DNA of 64,000 nucleotides. Origin: Chloroflexota bacterium. GTDB taxonomy: Bacteria > Chloroflexota > Dehalococcoidia > SM23-28-2 > RBG-16-64-32. Location of the stretch: contig JBBISJ010000006.1 of assembly GCA_037441345.1 (NCBI GenBank), positions 3,530 through 67,529 of the forward strand, in the 5' to 3' direction. The notes beneath the pieces were generated by a model. That model was not told the origin of the DNA, searched no databases, and worked only from the letters and a program-made list of their open reading frames with translations. Position numbers and translations under genes: made by a program. Positions 18,204-26,894 of this stretch are shown in pieces; positions within the stretch are counted from its first letter, which is position 1, and each line of letters opens with the position of its first letter.

Positions 18204-18410
18204 TTACCTTCCGGCCTTCAGGCGTTTCAGCAGCTCGCGTGAGGCATCGGCAATCTGCGCCACCGCTCCGTTGAACGCCTCCTCGTTGGCCCGCGACGGA
18301 GCCCGGTAGCCGCTGACCTTGCGCACGAACTGGAGCGCGGCCGCCCGGATCTCGTCGTCAGTTGCGGGCGACTCAGCGCGGCGTAGCTGCTTGATGCTCC
18401 GGCACATCAC
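18204..18410 (-). CDS. DUF2277-like small protein
   Basis: 68 aa; the PATDDEIRAAALQFVRKVSGYRAPSRANEEAF pattern matches the conserved actinobacterial DUF2277 family. Confidence 0.55.
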   Translation of the reverse strand: MMCRSIKQLRRAESPATDDEIRAAALQFVRKVSGYRAPSRANEEAFNGAVAQIADASRELLKRLKAGR

Positions 18411-18890
18411 TCACACCTCCCTGTCCGGCTGGCCGACGCCACCGGCAACTCCGGATTCGCGATGCATCATTACCTGGGTCGGGCTGGGGTGGAAATCGTT
18501 GCGCGCATAGAAGGCCACACGCTCCGGCTCGCAGAACAAGGAGATGACGTGCACCGGGCCGATCTCCTTGACGAGGCGTGCGACCAGTCGCTCACCTATC
18601 TGCCGGCCCCTGTAGTCCGGGTCGATCACCACATCCTCGACGTACGCACGGTGCACGCCGTCAGAGAGAGCCCTGGCGAAGCCGACCAGTCGGTCGCCGT
18701 CCCAGGCGCCGACGGATATCGATTGCGCAATGGCCCGCCGGATACCTTCCGCCTCCCACCCGGGCCACCAACCCGCCCCGTCATACAGGCGGCGTACATC
18801 GCCGGCGGGGATTGGACGCGCGCTGGCCCCGGCCAGTACGATCTCCCCGATCACGGCTTCCGCGCCCGCATGAAGGTCTCGCTCCGACAC
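18411..18890 (-). CDS. GNAT family N-acetyltransferase
   Basis: motif A region YVEDVVIDPDYRGRQIGERLVARLV; its stop abuts the DUF2277 start. Confidence 0.8.
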   Translation of the reverse strand: MSERDLHAGAEAVIGEIVLAGASARPIPAGDVRRLYDGAGWWPGWEAEGIRRAIAQSISVGAWDGDRLVGFARALSDGVHRAYVEDVVIDPDYRGRQIGERLVARLVKEIGPVHVISLFCEPERVAFYARNDFHPSPTQVMMHRESGVAGGVGQPDREV

Positions 18891-19013
18891 GTTTCCCTCC
18901 TCGTCGAAATGAGACGATTATACGACCGCAGCGCTCCCTCAAAGGTCTGAAGACCTGCAGCTACTTACCGCCCAAATCCGGGCCGGCCTGAAGGCGCGGC
19001 TGCGGTTCTCGCG

Positions 19014-21794
19014 TCAGGCCCTCGCTACGTCGACCGCTATTCCCCGGTCGATCGGAACCGGCTGAAGTTGCATCAGCCAGTAGCGCAGGTGGCCGTATCC
19101 GCCGGCCAGGTGGAGCCATTTGACCATGCCCGGTTCGCTGTTCGTCGGGTCGTCCCACTTCTCGAACTGGTAGGGCTCCCAGCCGTTGTACATGATGAGT
19201 TGGCCCGGCCGGACCGACGGCGAGATCTTGGCAGTGCAGATGTACGAAGACACGTCGTTGAACACGCGCACTTTGCCGCCGTTCTCGATACCGCGCACTT
19301 CCGCGTCCCGCGGGCTCAGCATGACCGACGGCTCTCCCCTGTGCGTCTGGAGCATCAGCGGGTTTACTGAGTTGGCCGAGTGAACGGTCCAGCGCGAATG
19401 CCCGCTCGTCATCGTTAGCGGGTGATCGCCCCCCTGCCTGGGATTCGGCTTGTGCACAGGCAACTGCTCGTTCGCTTCCAGGAACCAGTCGTGGTCGATG
19501 TAGAACTGCGCACGCCTGGTTAGCGTTGGGTACGGCATCTTCTTCTCTGTGTGCCAGCGGAAAGGGTTGTGCGTGCTGTCCGGCGCCAGGTCCGATGCCT
19601 GGGCGAGGGCGAAGGGCACGGCGCCCCAGTTCGTGAAGCGGACGATCCCCTTCTCCTTCATCTTCGCCAGGTCCGTATCGGCGGGGATGTTGCCGAATGC
19701 CGCCGTGTCCTTGATCCACTCGTCGGCCAGCTTCACCGGGGTATCGATCGCGCCTCCCTTGGTGAACTTCTCGACGAGCGCGTCCAGCCGGTGCACGCCG
19801 CCGCGCGCGTCCTTGCACTCGACGAAGTCTCGCGCCTTCGCCCGCTCCTCGATCTTCGCCGCAAGCAGCTTGAAGATCTCGAACTCGGGCTTCGCCTCGC
19901 CGGGCGGCGGCACCGCCTCGTCGGAGAACGTCAGGTTCATGATGTCCGGCGTCGGGATGTGGAACGTCAGCTTCTCGTAGCTCAGGGCCACCGGCAGGAC
20001 GAAGTCGGACCACATCGCCGTCGTCTGCATGCGCCAGTCCACGGTGACGATCATCTTGAGCTTCGGCCAGAGGTTCTCGATAGCCAGTTTCTGCCCGCCC
20101 CGGAGCCGCCGCAAGAAGTTGCCACCCACCTCGAACAGTACGCGCGGGGGATTGTCCGGACCCGGCCGGTCAAGGCCCATCCACCAGCCCTTGCCGAGCG
20201 CCTCCTTGAACCGTGAATCGAAGCCCTCGCCGATCGCAGGGTCGTTCCACGCCGCCTGGTTCCAGCGATCCCGTAAGCCGCAGTGGTAGTACCAGAGGAA
20301 CGCCGGCGGCACGGTGTTGCCAATTGGCGCCGCCATGCGCATCAGCTCGATCGAGGCCATCTCGTCAGTCATCTCGGGGTCCTGGGCCTTGATCGCGGTG
20401 GCCATCATGTTGCGCATCGTGAGGACGCGCGTCGCCTCCTCCGTGCCTGCCGTGTTCTTCATCGACGAAAGGTAAGCCCCGTCGAACATTCCCACCGACC
20501 AACTGCGTGTTCCTGTACCCTTCTTCCCCCAGTTGCCCGTCAGCCCCAACAGCAGGCACATCGAACGCTCGATCAGGTCGCCGTGGTAGTACTTGCCGGC
20601 GTTGAAGCCGAGGAGGATGTTGGTGCGCTTCGCCGCTACCTTGCGGGCCAGCGAGCGGATCATCGCGGCATCCGCGCCGCAGAGCGCCGCCGCCTTCTCC
20701 GGCGTGTACTCAGCTTCCAGCAGCTCCTTCAACAACGCGTACGCCGGCGCGACCTCCACGCTGCTCCCATCCGCCAGCGTCGCCTGGAACCGACCTTCAA
20801 GCGCAGGCTCAGCGCCACCCGTGTCCAGCGTCCCCCGCGGCGCGGGGACAACAGCGCCTGACTTCGCGTCGTACCAGTAGAACTGGTCGATCCGAGCGCC
20901 CTCGGCGACCTCCGGCCCGCGGAGAAAGCGCTTCGTGTCCGTGCGCACGAGCAGCGGCAGATCGGTCTGCTCGCACACGAACCGGCGGTCGATCAGCCCT
21001 TCCTCGGCGATCACCTGGCACATGCCGAGCGCCAGCGCCGCGTCGCTCCCCGGCTCGACCGTCAGATGGTAGTCGGCGTGGATCGCTGAGGGGCTGTAGT
21101 CCGGCGCAATCGTCACGACCTCGCCGCCGTTGTACCGCGACTCGAGCACGAAGTGGTACCAGGGAATCGACGTGTACGCCGGATTCCGGTGCCAGACCAG
21201 CGTCAGCTCCGCGTGGAACCAGTCGTCGACGCTGCTGGCCGAGTTCACCTTCCCGTACGTTATGTAGAGTCCCGGATTGAAGTCGTTGATGTCGGCGTTC
21301 ACGTCCGTGGTCGTCCCGCCCAGCCCCTCGATCAGAGGACCCATCAGCATCCCCGCCATCAGACCGCCCTCGTTCGGCGTCGCTACGTGCAGCACCGAGT
21401 CCGGGCCGTACTCCTGGATCGCGTCCAGCGTCGTGTCTGCGATCTCGGTCAGCGCCTGGTCCCAGGAGACTCGCTCCCAGCTGCCGCCGCCGCGCTCGCC
21501 CGCGCGCTTCATCGGGTACAGCACTCGCTCGGGGCTTTGGAGCATCCGGCTCCAGGCGCTCCCCTTCTGGCAGCCCATCGGATTCATGTCCGGTACGCCG
21601 TCCTCGATCACCGGGAAGACCCCTGCCGGCTCCTCGCCGACAACCTGGCCATCCTTCACAAAGACGCGGTACACGCAGTTGCCCGGGTAGCAGTTGATGC
21701 AGTGGCTGGCGAACGCGGTCTTCTCCCACGTCCACCGGGTGCCGTACCGCTCACCGGCCGGACGGCCCGTCGGCGCTTTCGATCCGTTGCCCAT
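19014..21794 (-). CDS. molybdopterin (bis-MGD) oxidoreductase catalytic subunit, NarG-like (type II DMSO-reductase family), cytoplasmic, function unknown
   Basis: FS0 motif HCINCYPGNC...NPMGCQKGSAWS (matches the NarG His-x3-Cys...GCxxGxSxSW pattern); 926 aa from the ATG with a GGAGGT SD; no twin-arginine signal. Confidence 0.7.
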   Translation of the reverse strand: MGNGSKAPTGRPAGERYGTRWTWEKTAFASHCINCYPGNCVYRVFVKDGQVVGEEPAGVFPVIEDGVPDMNPMGCQKGSAWSRMLQSPERVLYPMKRAGERGGGSWERVSWDQALTEIADTTLDAIQEYGPDSVLHVATPNEGGLMAGMLMGPLIEGLGGTTTDVNADINDFNPGLYITYGKVNSASSVDDWFHAELTLVWHRNPAYTSIPWYHFVLESRYNGGEVVTIAPDYSPSAIHADYHLTVEPGSDAALALGMCQVIAEEGLIDRRFVCEQTDLPLLVRTDTKRFLRGPEVAEGARIDQFYWYDAKSGAVVPAPRGTLDTGGAEPALEGRFQATLADGSSVEVAPAYALLKELLEAEYTPEKAAALCGADAAMIRSLARKVAAKRTNILLGFNAGKYYHGDLIERSMCLLLGLTGNWGKKGTGTRSWSVGMFDGAYLSSMKNTAGTEEATRVLTMRNMMATAIKAQDPEMTDEMASIELMRMAAPIGNTVPPAFLWYYHCGLRDRWNQAAWNDPAIGEGFDSRFKEALGKGWWMGLDRPGPDNPPRVLFEVGGNFLRRLRGGQKLAIENLWPKLKMIVTVDWRMQTTAMWSDFVLPVALSYEKLTFHIPTPDIMNLTFSDEAVPPPGEAKPEFEIFKLLAAKIEERAKARDFVECKDARGGVHRLDALVEKFTKGGAIDTPVKLADEWIKDTAAFGNIPADTDLAKMKEKGIVRFTNWGAVPFALAQASDLAPDSTHNPFRWHTEKKMPYPTLTRRAQFYIDHDWFLEANEQLPVHKPNPRQGGDHPLTMTSGHSRWTVHSANSVNPLMLQTHRGEPSVMLSPRDAEVRGIENGGKVRVFNDVSSYICTAKISPSVRPGQLIMYNGWEPYQFEKWDDPTNSEPGMVKWLHLAGGYGHLRYWLMQLQPVPIDRGIAVDVARA

Positions 21795-21986
21795 GGTTAC
21801 CTCCAGGGTTTTGTGTGCGGGTACCGCGCCCTGAAGGGCACGGCATAGCCGGGGCGCACAACGCGCCATCCTGCCCCGATTGTCCGCGACTCCAGCGGCA
21901 ACGTAAGTCAGGCGGCATCCCCGGATTCCTGTCAGGTTCTCGCCCACGGGCGCAGGGTGATCACCATCAGTTGCAGGCACAAATGA

Positions 21987-22016
21987 CGTAGGGGCGCGTC
22001 ATGATGCGCCCCTACG
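21987..22016. repeat. REP-like 30-nt palindrome, copy 1 (CGTAGGGGCGCGTCATGATGCGCCCCTACG)
   Basis: identical 30-mer also at 28657..28686; near-perfect inverted repeat. Confidence 0.8.
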
Positions 22017-22038
22017 GTGCGTGGTACGTTCGTTGCGT

Positions 22039-22905
22039 TTAGCAGCAGGTGCCCGGCTCGCAGGCGTTGGCCGCGACCACCGGGATCATGTCCGCGGTCG
22101 CCGCAGGCTTGCGGGCCCGGACGACGCCGCTGAAGATGCCGAGGTTGTCCGCGCCGGCCAGGCCAAACTCCCGCAGCTTGTCGCCGAGGCCGCTCCTCTC
22201 GGCGTCGGCGCCCGTGTACTCGCGGAAGGACTCGATTTCGGCGGCTTCGAAGCCGGCGGAGGAGAGCTTGTCGATGTACTCGCTCTCGGAGAGCGCGCCG
22301 GCGATGCAGCCGGTCCAGAGCGGCATGCTCTGCTTGACGGCGGCCGGGATATCCTGTCGCGTGACGATGTCCGAGATCGCGATGCGACCGCCGGGCTTGA
22401 GCACGCGGTAGGCCTCCCGCAGGACGGCGTCCTTGTCCGGCGAGAGGTTGACAACGCAGTTGCTGATGACTACGTCCACGGTGTTGGACGGCAGCGGGAT
22501 GTTCTCCATCTCACCGCGGAGGAACTCGACGTTCTTGACGCCAGCCCTGGCGGCGTTCTGGCGGGCCAGGTCGAGCATCTCGTCCGTCATGTCCAGGCCG
22601 TAGGCCTTGCCCTCCGGGCCCACGCGACGGGCCGAGAGAAGGACGTCGATACCGCCGCCGGAGCCGAGGTCGAGAACGACCTCGCCCTCATTGAGTGCGG
22701 CGACGGCGACGGGGTTGCCGCAGCCCAGCGAGGCGGCGACGGCCTCCTGCGGCAGATGCTGCAGTTCGTCGGTGGCGTAGAGCCGCGAGGTTACGGGGTT
22801 CTCCGGCACGGCGGTGCTGCCGCAACAGCGGCTCTCCTGCGCGGCCTTCGCGGCCGCGCCGTAGCGCCTGCGGACCTCTGTCTTGATCTCCTGTCCGGTT
22901 GTCAT
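22039..22905 (-). CDS. arsM: arsenite S-adenosylmethionine methyltransferase ArsM
   Basis: Cys pair CCGS, SAM motif VLDLGSGGGIDV, ISNCVVNLSPDK and WTGCIAGAL. Confidence 0.85.
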   Translation of the reverse strand: MTTGQEIKTEVRRRYGAAAKAAQESRCCGSTAVPENPVTSRLYATDELQHLPQEAVAASLGCGNPVAVAALNEGEVVLDLGSGGGIDVLLSARRVGPEGKAYGLDMTDEMLDLARQNAARAGVKNVEFLRGEMENIPLPSNTVDVVISNCVVNLSPDKDAVLREAYRVLKPGGRIAISDIVTRQDIPAAVKQSMPLWTGCIAGALSESEYIDKLSSAGFEAAEIESFREYTGADAERSGLGDKLREFGLAGADNLGIFSGVVRARKPAATADMIPVVAANACEPGTCC

Positions 22906-22931
22906 GTCATCGACCTCCTATCGATGCATTT

Positions 22932-23279
22932 CTATACAGCGAATTCGCTAAGCTGGCGGATTGCACCCATGAGGGCGCGCTGATTGACGCGGTGCCAGAC
23001 CCACTGGCCGCGCCGCTGCGACGTGATCAGGCCGGCCTCGCGCAGCACCTTCAGGTGGTATGAGATGGTGGGCTGGGAGAGGCCGAACTCGGGGACGATA
23101 TTGCACTCGCACGTCTCCTGGACATGGGAGATCGCCGTGAGGATACGGAGCCGCGTCTCGTCGGAGAGAGCACGGAACACGGCGGCCGCGGTGCGAACAT
23201 CGCCGTCCGCCGGAGCGATCTCCGTGACCGGGCAGCAGAGAGCTGCCGGGGTGTGGGCGGTGCTGGTCTGCCTAGTCAC
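22932..23279 (-). CDS. arsR: ArsR/SmtB family transcriptional regulator
   Basis: LSDETRLRILTAISHVQETCECNIVPEFGLSQPTISYHLKVL (HTH with a metal-binding CxC). Confidence 0.85.
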   Translation of the reverse strand: MTRQTSTAHTPAALCCPVTEIAPADGDVRTAAAVFRALSDETRLRILTAISHVQETCECNIVPEFGLSQPTISYHLKVLREAGLITSQRRGQWVWHRVNQRALMGAIRQLSEFAV

Positions 23280-23310
23280 TGCAGGAGTATCTTAAGGATT
23301 ATATAGATGC

Positions 23311-23358
23311 TTGTCAATATCCCTTGAAGCAATTGAACAAAAGAACAATCGAACAAGC
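23311..23358. repeat. GAACAA 8-bp-periodic array, locus A (TTGAACAA AAGAACAA TCGAACAA), in the arsR/decarboxylase divergent promoter region
   Basis: three tandem xxGAACAA octamers; AT-rich relative to the genome; similar arrays at 47419, 49735 and 50284. Confidence 0.6.
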
Positions 23359-23418
23359 GGAGCGATGGGCCCCTTTCATTACTCACCACCCCCCTCCGTG
23401 GTATCGTTTCGTGCTGGT

Positions 23419-24849
23419 ATGAACGGCCGACCGGCAGAGATGACTCCAGACGAGTTCCGGCGCTATGGCCACGAGCTGATCGACTGGATCGCCGAGTACC
23501 TGGAGAACGCCGAGCGCTACCCTGTCCTCTCGCCGGTGAAGCCCGGCGAGGTTCGCTCCCGGCTGGCCGCTTCGCCACCCCAAAACGGGGAGCCGTTCGG
23601 GGCGCTCCTGCGCGACGTGAACGAGGTGATCTTGCCGGGCATCACGCACTGGCAGTCGCCGAACTTCTTCGCCTTCTTTCCGTCGAACAACTCCTACCCC
23701 GCCATCCTCGGCGACCTGCTGTCGTCCGGCCTCGGCGTTCAGGGCATGCTCTGGTCGACGAGTCCGGCGTGCACCGAGGTGGAGACGCTGGTGATGGACT
23801 GGCTGGTGGAGATGCTCGGCCTCCCGGAGCGATTCCGCTCGTCCTCGCCCGGAGGCGGCGTCATCCAGGACAGCGCGTCGACCGCAACGCTCGTGGCCCT
23901 GATCGCCGCGCGGGAGCGGGCGACGCGCGGCCGCAGTAGCCGGGCGGGGGCTAGCGGCGAGCGGCTGGCGGTGTACACGTCGTCGCAGGCGCACTCGTCT
24001 GTCGAAAAGGGCGTCCGGATAGCGGGGATCGGCAGCGACAACCTGCGTTTGGTGGACGTGGACGAGTCGTTCGCAATGCGGCCGGAGGAGCTGGCGCGCC
24101 TGATCCGGGCCGACCGGGAGGCCGGCATCAGCCCGGCGATGGTCTGCGCCACGGTGGGGACCACGTCGTCCGGCGCCATCGATCCGCTGGGAGCGACCGG
24201 GGCGATCTGCCGCGAAGAGGGCATCTGGCTTCACGTCGACGCCGCGATGGCCGGCACGGCGGCCGTGTGCCCCGAGTTCCGCTGGATCCAGGACGGCCTC
24301 GAATACGCAGACAGCTACGTCTTCAACCCGCACAAGTGGATGGGCGTCCAGTTCGACTGCAGCGCCTTCTTCGTCGCCGACCGGTCGGCGCTCACCTCCG
24401 CCCTGAGTATCGTCCCCGAGTACCTGCGTAACGCCGCGAGCGAGTCCGGTGAGGTGATCGACTACCGGGACTGGCAGCTTCAGCTGGGACGTCGCTTCCG
24501 GGCGCTCAAGCTCTGGTCTCTGATCAGATCAGAGGGGGTCTCGGGGCTACAGGAGATGGTGCGCCGTCATGTTGCGCTTGCCCGGGAGTTCGCATCGTGG
24601 GTCGAGGCGGACCCGGAGTTCGAGATCGCCGCGCCGCACCCGCTGAGCCTGGTCTGCTTCCGCCACAAGGGAGGCGATGACGTAAATCGCGCCATCATGG
24701 ACCGCGTCAATGTCGGCGGCAAAGCATACTTCACCCACACGGTGCTGGACGACAGAGTCACCTTGCGCATGTCCATAGGTCAGCGCCGGACTGAACTCTC
24801 TCACGTACGGGCGGCGTGGGAGGCCATCCGCACGGCCGCGATGGGCTAA
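23419..24849 (+). CDS. pyridoxal-dependent (group II) amino-acid decarboxylase, aromatic-L-amino-acid/glutamate decarboxylase-like
   Basis: FFAFFPSNNSYPAILGDLLSSGLG and the PLP-lysine region NPHKWMGVQFDCSAFFV. Confidence 0.8.
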   Translation: MNGRPAEMTPDEFRRYGHELIDWIAEYLENAERYPVLSPVKPGEVRSRLAASPPQNGEPFGALLRDVNEVILPGITHWQSPNFFAFFPSNNSYPAILGDLLSSGLGVQGMLWSTSPACTEVETLVMDWLVEMLGLPERFRSSSPGGGVIQDSASTATLVALIAARERATRGRSSRAGASGERLAVYTSSQAHSSVEKGVRIAGIGSDNLRLVDVDESFAMRPEELARLIRADREAGISPAMVCATVGTTSSGAIDPLGATGAICREEGIWLHVDAAMAGTAAVCPEFRWIQDGLEYADSYVFNPHKWMGVQFDCSAFFVADRSALTSALSIVPEYLRNAASESGEVIDYRDWQLQLGRRFRALKLWSLIRSEGVSGLQEMVRRHVALAREFASWVEADPEFEIAAPHPLSLVCFRHKGGDDVNRAIMDRVNVGGKAYFTHTVLDDRVTLRMSIGQRRTELSHVRAAWEAIRTAAMG

Positions 24850-24869
24850 TTCCACTCTCCACTCTCCAC

Positions 24870-25835
24870 TCACGGCACCATCACGACCCGCCCGAACGCC
24901 TGCCGGCTCTCGATGTACCGGTGCGCCTCAGCGGCCTCGGACAGCGGATATGTCCGGTCGATCACGACACGCAGCTTCCCATCGGCCACGTCGCGGATCA
25001 GGCCCTCGACCAGCGGCCGCCCGCGCATCGGCTCGAACATGAGAGAGCCGCCGAAGAACACGCCGGTCAGGGAGCGGTTCATCTCGCTCAGCTTGCCCAC
25101 GTCGAGAGCACGCGACTCCGAACGGCCGGCGTTACCCACGCTCACGATCCGCCCGTGGTAGGCCGTCGCGTCGATGCTCCCAAGCAGCGTCGTCCCCACC
25201 GAGTCTACGACGAGGTTGACGCCCCCGCCCGACGCCGCCTTCACCTTCGCCACCCAGTCGCCCTCGCGGTAGTTGATGCCGTGGTCCAGGCCGAAGTCCT
25301 TTAGCCGATCCAGCCTCTCGTCGCTCGACGCGGTCGCCAGCACCGTCGCACCGGCCTGCTTCGCCAGCTGGATCGCCGCCAGCCCAACGCCCCCCGCGCC
25401 GGCCTGGATCAGCACCTTCTCGCCCGCCTGCAACTTCCCGAACTCGAACAGGCAGTCGTGCGCAGTGCCGTACGCTATCGGCACGCAGGCCGCCTGCGCC
25501 GGATCCATGCCGTCGGGTACCGGAAACGTCTGCATTGCCGCCACGGCAACCCGCTCGGCGTGCGACCCAAACGGCATCACTGCCACGACCATCTGCCCCA
25601 CCTGCCGGTCGGTCACTGCCGAGCCGACCTCTCGAACGATGCCCGCACACTGGTAGCCGACGATGTGCGGCCTGGACGCCATCTCGCCACCCGCCCGATT
25701 CAGCACGTCGCCGCCCTCGATCGAGATCGCCTTCACGTCAAGGGCCACAGCCCCCGGCGCGCATTCCGGATCGGGCCTGTCCTCGTAGCGGAACACGTCG
25801 GGCGATCCGGTCTCATAGTAAACAGCGGCTTTCAT
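24870..25835 (-). CDS. zinc-type alcohol dehydrogenase / NADPH:quinone oxidoreductase (MDR family)
   Basis: MKAAVYYETGSPDVFRYEDRPDP N-terminus and a Rossmann GAGGVGLAAIQLAK. Confidence 0.8.
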   Translation of the reverse strand: MKAAVYYETGSPDVFRYEDRPDPECAPGAVALDVKAISIEGGDVLNRAGGEMASRPHIVGYQCAGIVREVGSAVTDRQVGQMVVAVMPFGSHAERVAVAAMQTFPVPDGMDPAQAACVPIAYGTAHDCLFEFGKLQAGEKVLIQAGAGGVGLAAIQLAKQAGATVLATASSDERLDRLKDFGLDHGINYREGDWVAKVKAASGGGVNLVVDSVGTTLLGSIDATAYHGRIVSVGNAGRSESRALDVGKLSEMNRSLTGVFFGGSLMFEPMRGRPLVEGLIRDVADGKLRVVIDRTYPLSEAAEAHRYIESRQAFGRVVMVP

Positions 25836-25894
25836 CGTGGTGGTCCCTCCTCACCGTTTGTTTCGCCCGCACGGGATGTTAGAATCGGTGGGGC

Positions 25895-25971
25895 GGGCGA
25901 TTAGCTCAGTTGGTTAGAGCGCAGCGTTGACATCGCTGAGGTCGTAGGTTCAAATCCTACATCGCCCACCA
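25895..25971 (+). tRNA. tRNA-Val (anticodon GAC)
   Basis: GGGCGAT acceptor paired with ATCGCCC, D-arm GCTCAGTTGGTTAGAGC, anticodon loop TTGACAT, T-arm GGTTCAAATCC, CCA encoded. Confidence 0.85.
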
Positions 25972-26218
25972 CGAATTGAACATCACAGGCGACGACCGGG
26001 ACGAGTAGCCACGGCAAGGTCACCAGGGAAGCGAGCCACGACTGAAAGCGAGCCGGCCCCCTGCCACGGCGAAAACCACCCGCGAGCCGGCCGCCAACCC
26101 GTCAGACGAAGGCCGGACTTCAGCCCGGCAATCTGGCGTCAGGCGGCCCCGGAGGCACCCGTTACCGGCCGAATGAGCCCCCGCGACAGCGGGAGGAAGC
26201 TGGGTGGAACCACGGTAA

Positions 26219-26255
26219 CCCCCGTCCCACAATCGGGATGGGGGCTTCTCTTTTT
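26219..26255 (+). terminator. intrinsic terminator (CCCCCGTCCC-ACAATC-GGGATGGGGG + CTTCTCTTTTT)
   Basis: 10-bp GC stem followed by a U-rich tract; about 250 nt downstream of tRNA-Val with no convincing ORF in between. Confidence 0.65.
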
Positions 26256-26313
26256 CGAGGGGGGCCACTCTCCGTAGCGGAAGGATTCAGCCTTCCACGG
26301 AAGCCGAAAATAA

Positions 26314-26556
26314 ATGAGCGAGAAGAAAGCGAGCGTCATCACCGACAACAGCCTGGGCATGCTCGTCCTGCGCGCCTGGCTCTGGCTCGTCCCCATCGCG
26401 ATGCTGCTGGCGGCGCTCGGCTTCGGCGCTTATGCCGCCGCGGACGCCCGCTGGGCGCTGTTCGGCATCATGGTCGTGATGGCGTTCGTCGCGGTCGGCC
26501 TCCTCGCCTTTCACTGGTGGATCCTCTACCGCTTCGGCAAGGAACCGCCGCCGTGA
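26314..26556 (+). CDS. small membrane protein (2 TM), hypothetical
   Basis: 80 aa with two hydrophobic helices; its stop overlaps the next small ORF start (GTGA). Confidence 0.4.
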   Translation: MSEKKASVITDNSLGMLVLRAWLWLVPIAMLLAALGFGAYAAADARWALFGIMVVMAFVAVGLLAFHWWILYRFGKEPPP

Positions 26557-26885
26557 AGCTCCTCTACCGCTGGCTCGGCGCCGAGATCGTCTTCGTCCAC
26601 GTCGGCCACGGCCTCGTCGGCGTCGGCATCATCGCGGTTCTCGCGGTCAGCATCCCGTGGTGGTTCACGCTCGCGCTGACGCCCCTGATCGCCTTCTCCC
26701 TCGCCTTCTGGCTGAAGGAGTCGCAGTTCGTGATGCCCGTCGCCCGCCGCTACCTGTCCGGCAACCCGCATCCGGAAGGAAACTGGATATCGGGGATTGG
26801 CGACGGGCCCGATACCAACACCCCCATTCCCCATTTCCTATCTCCCGCCGACTCCCCCCACCGACCACCGGACACCAACCACTAA
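26553..26885 (+). CDS. small membrane protein (2-3 TM), hypothetical, GTG start
   Basis: VKLLYRWLGAEIVFVHVGHGLVGVGIIAVLAVSIPWWFTLALTPLIAFSLAFWL; ends 10 nt before thrS. Confidence 0.4.
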   Translation: MKLLYRWLGAEIVFVHVGHGLVGVGIIAVLAVSIPWWFTLALTPLIAFSLAFWLKESQFVMPVARRYLSGNPHPEGNWISGIGDGPDTNTPIPHFLSPADSPHRPPDTNH

Positions 26886-26894
26886 AGGAGCCAC

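Noticed and set aside
18961-21735. ORFs 18961..20013 (-), 19551..20216 (+) and 20809..21735 (-) overlapping the NarG-like gene
   Set aside because: They are alternate-frame or antisense artefacts inside a gene with strong family motifs.
25972-26255. SRP RNA, 6S RNA or RNase P RNA assignment for the tRNA-Val-proximal non-coding segment
   Set aside because: The only resemblance is a short GGAAGC(G)AGCC string. There is no convincing helix 8 or P4 signature, so the segment is left as an unclassified candidate ncRNA.
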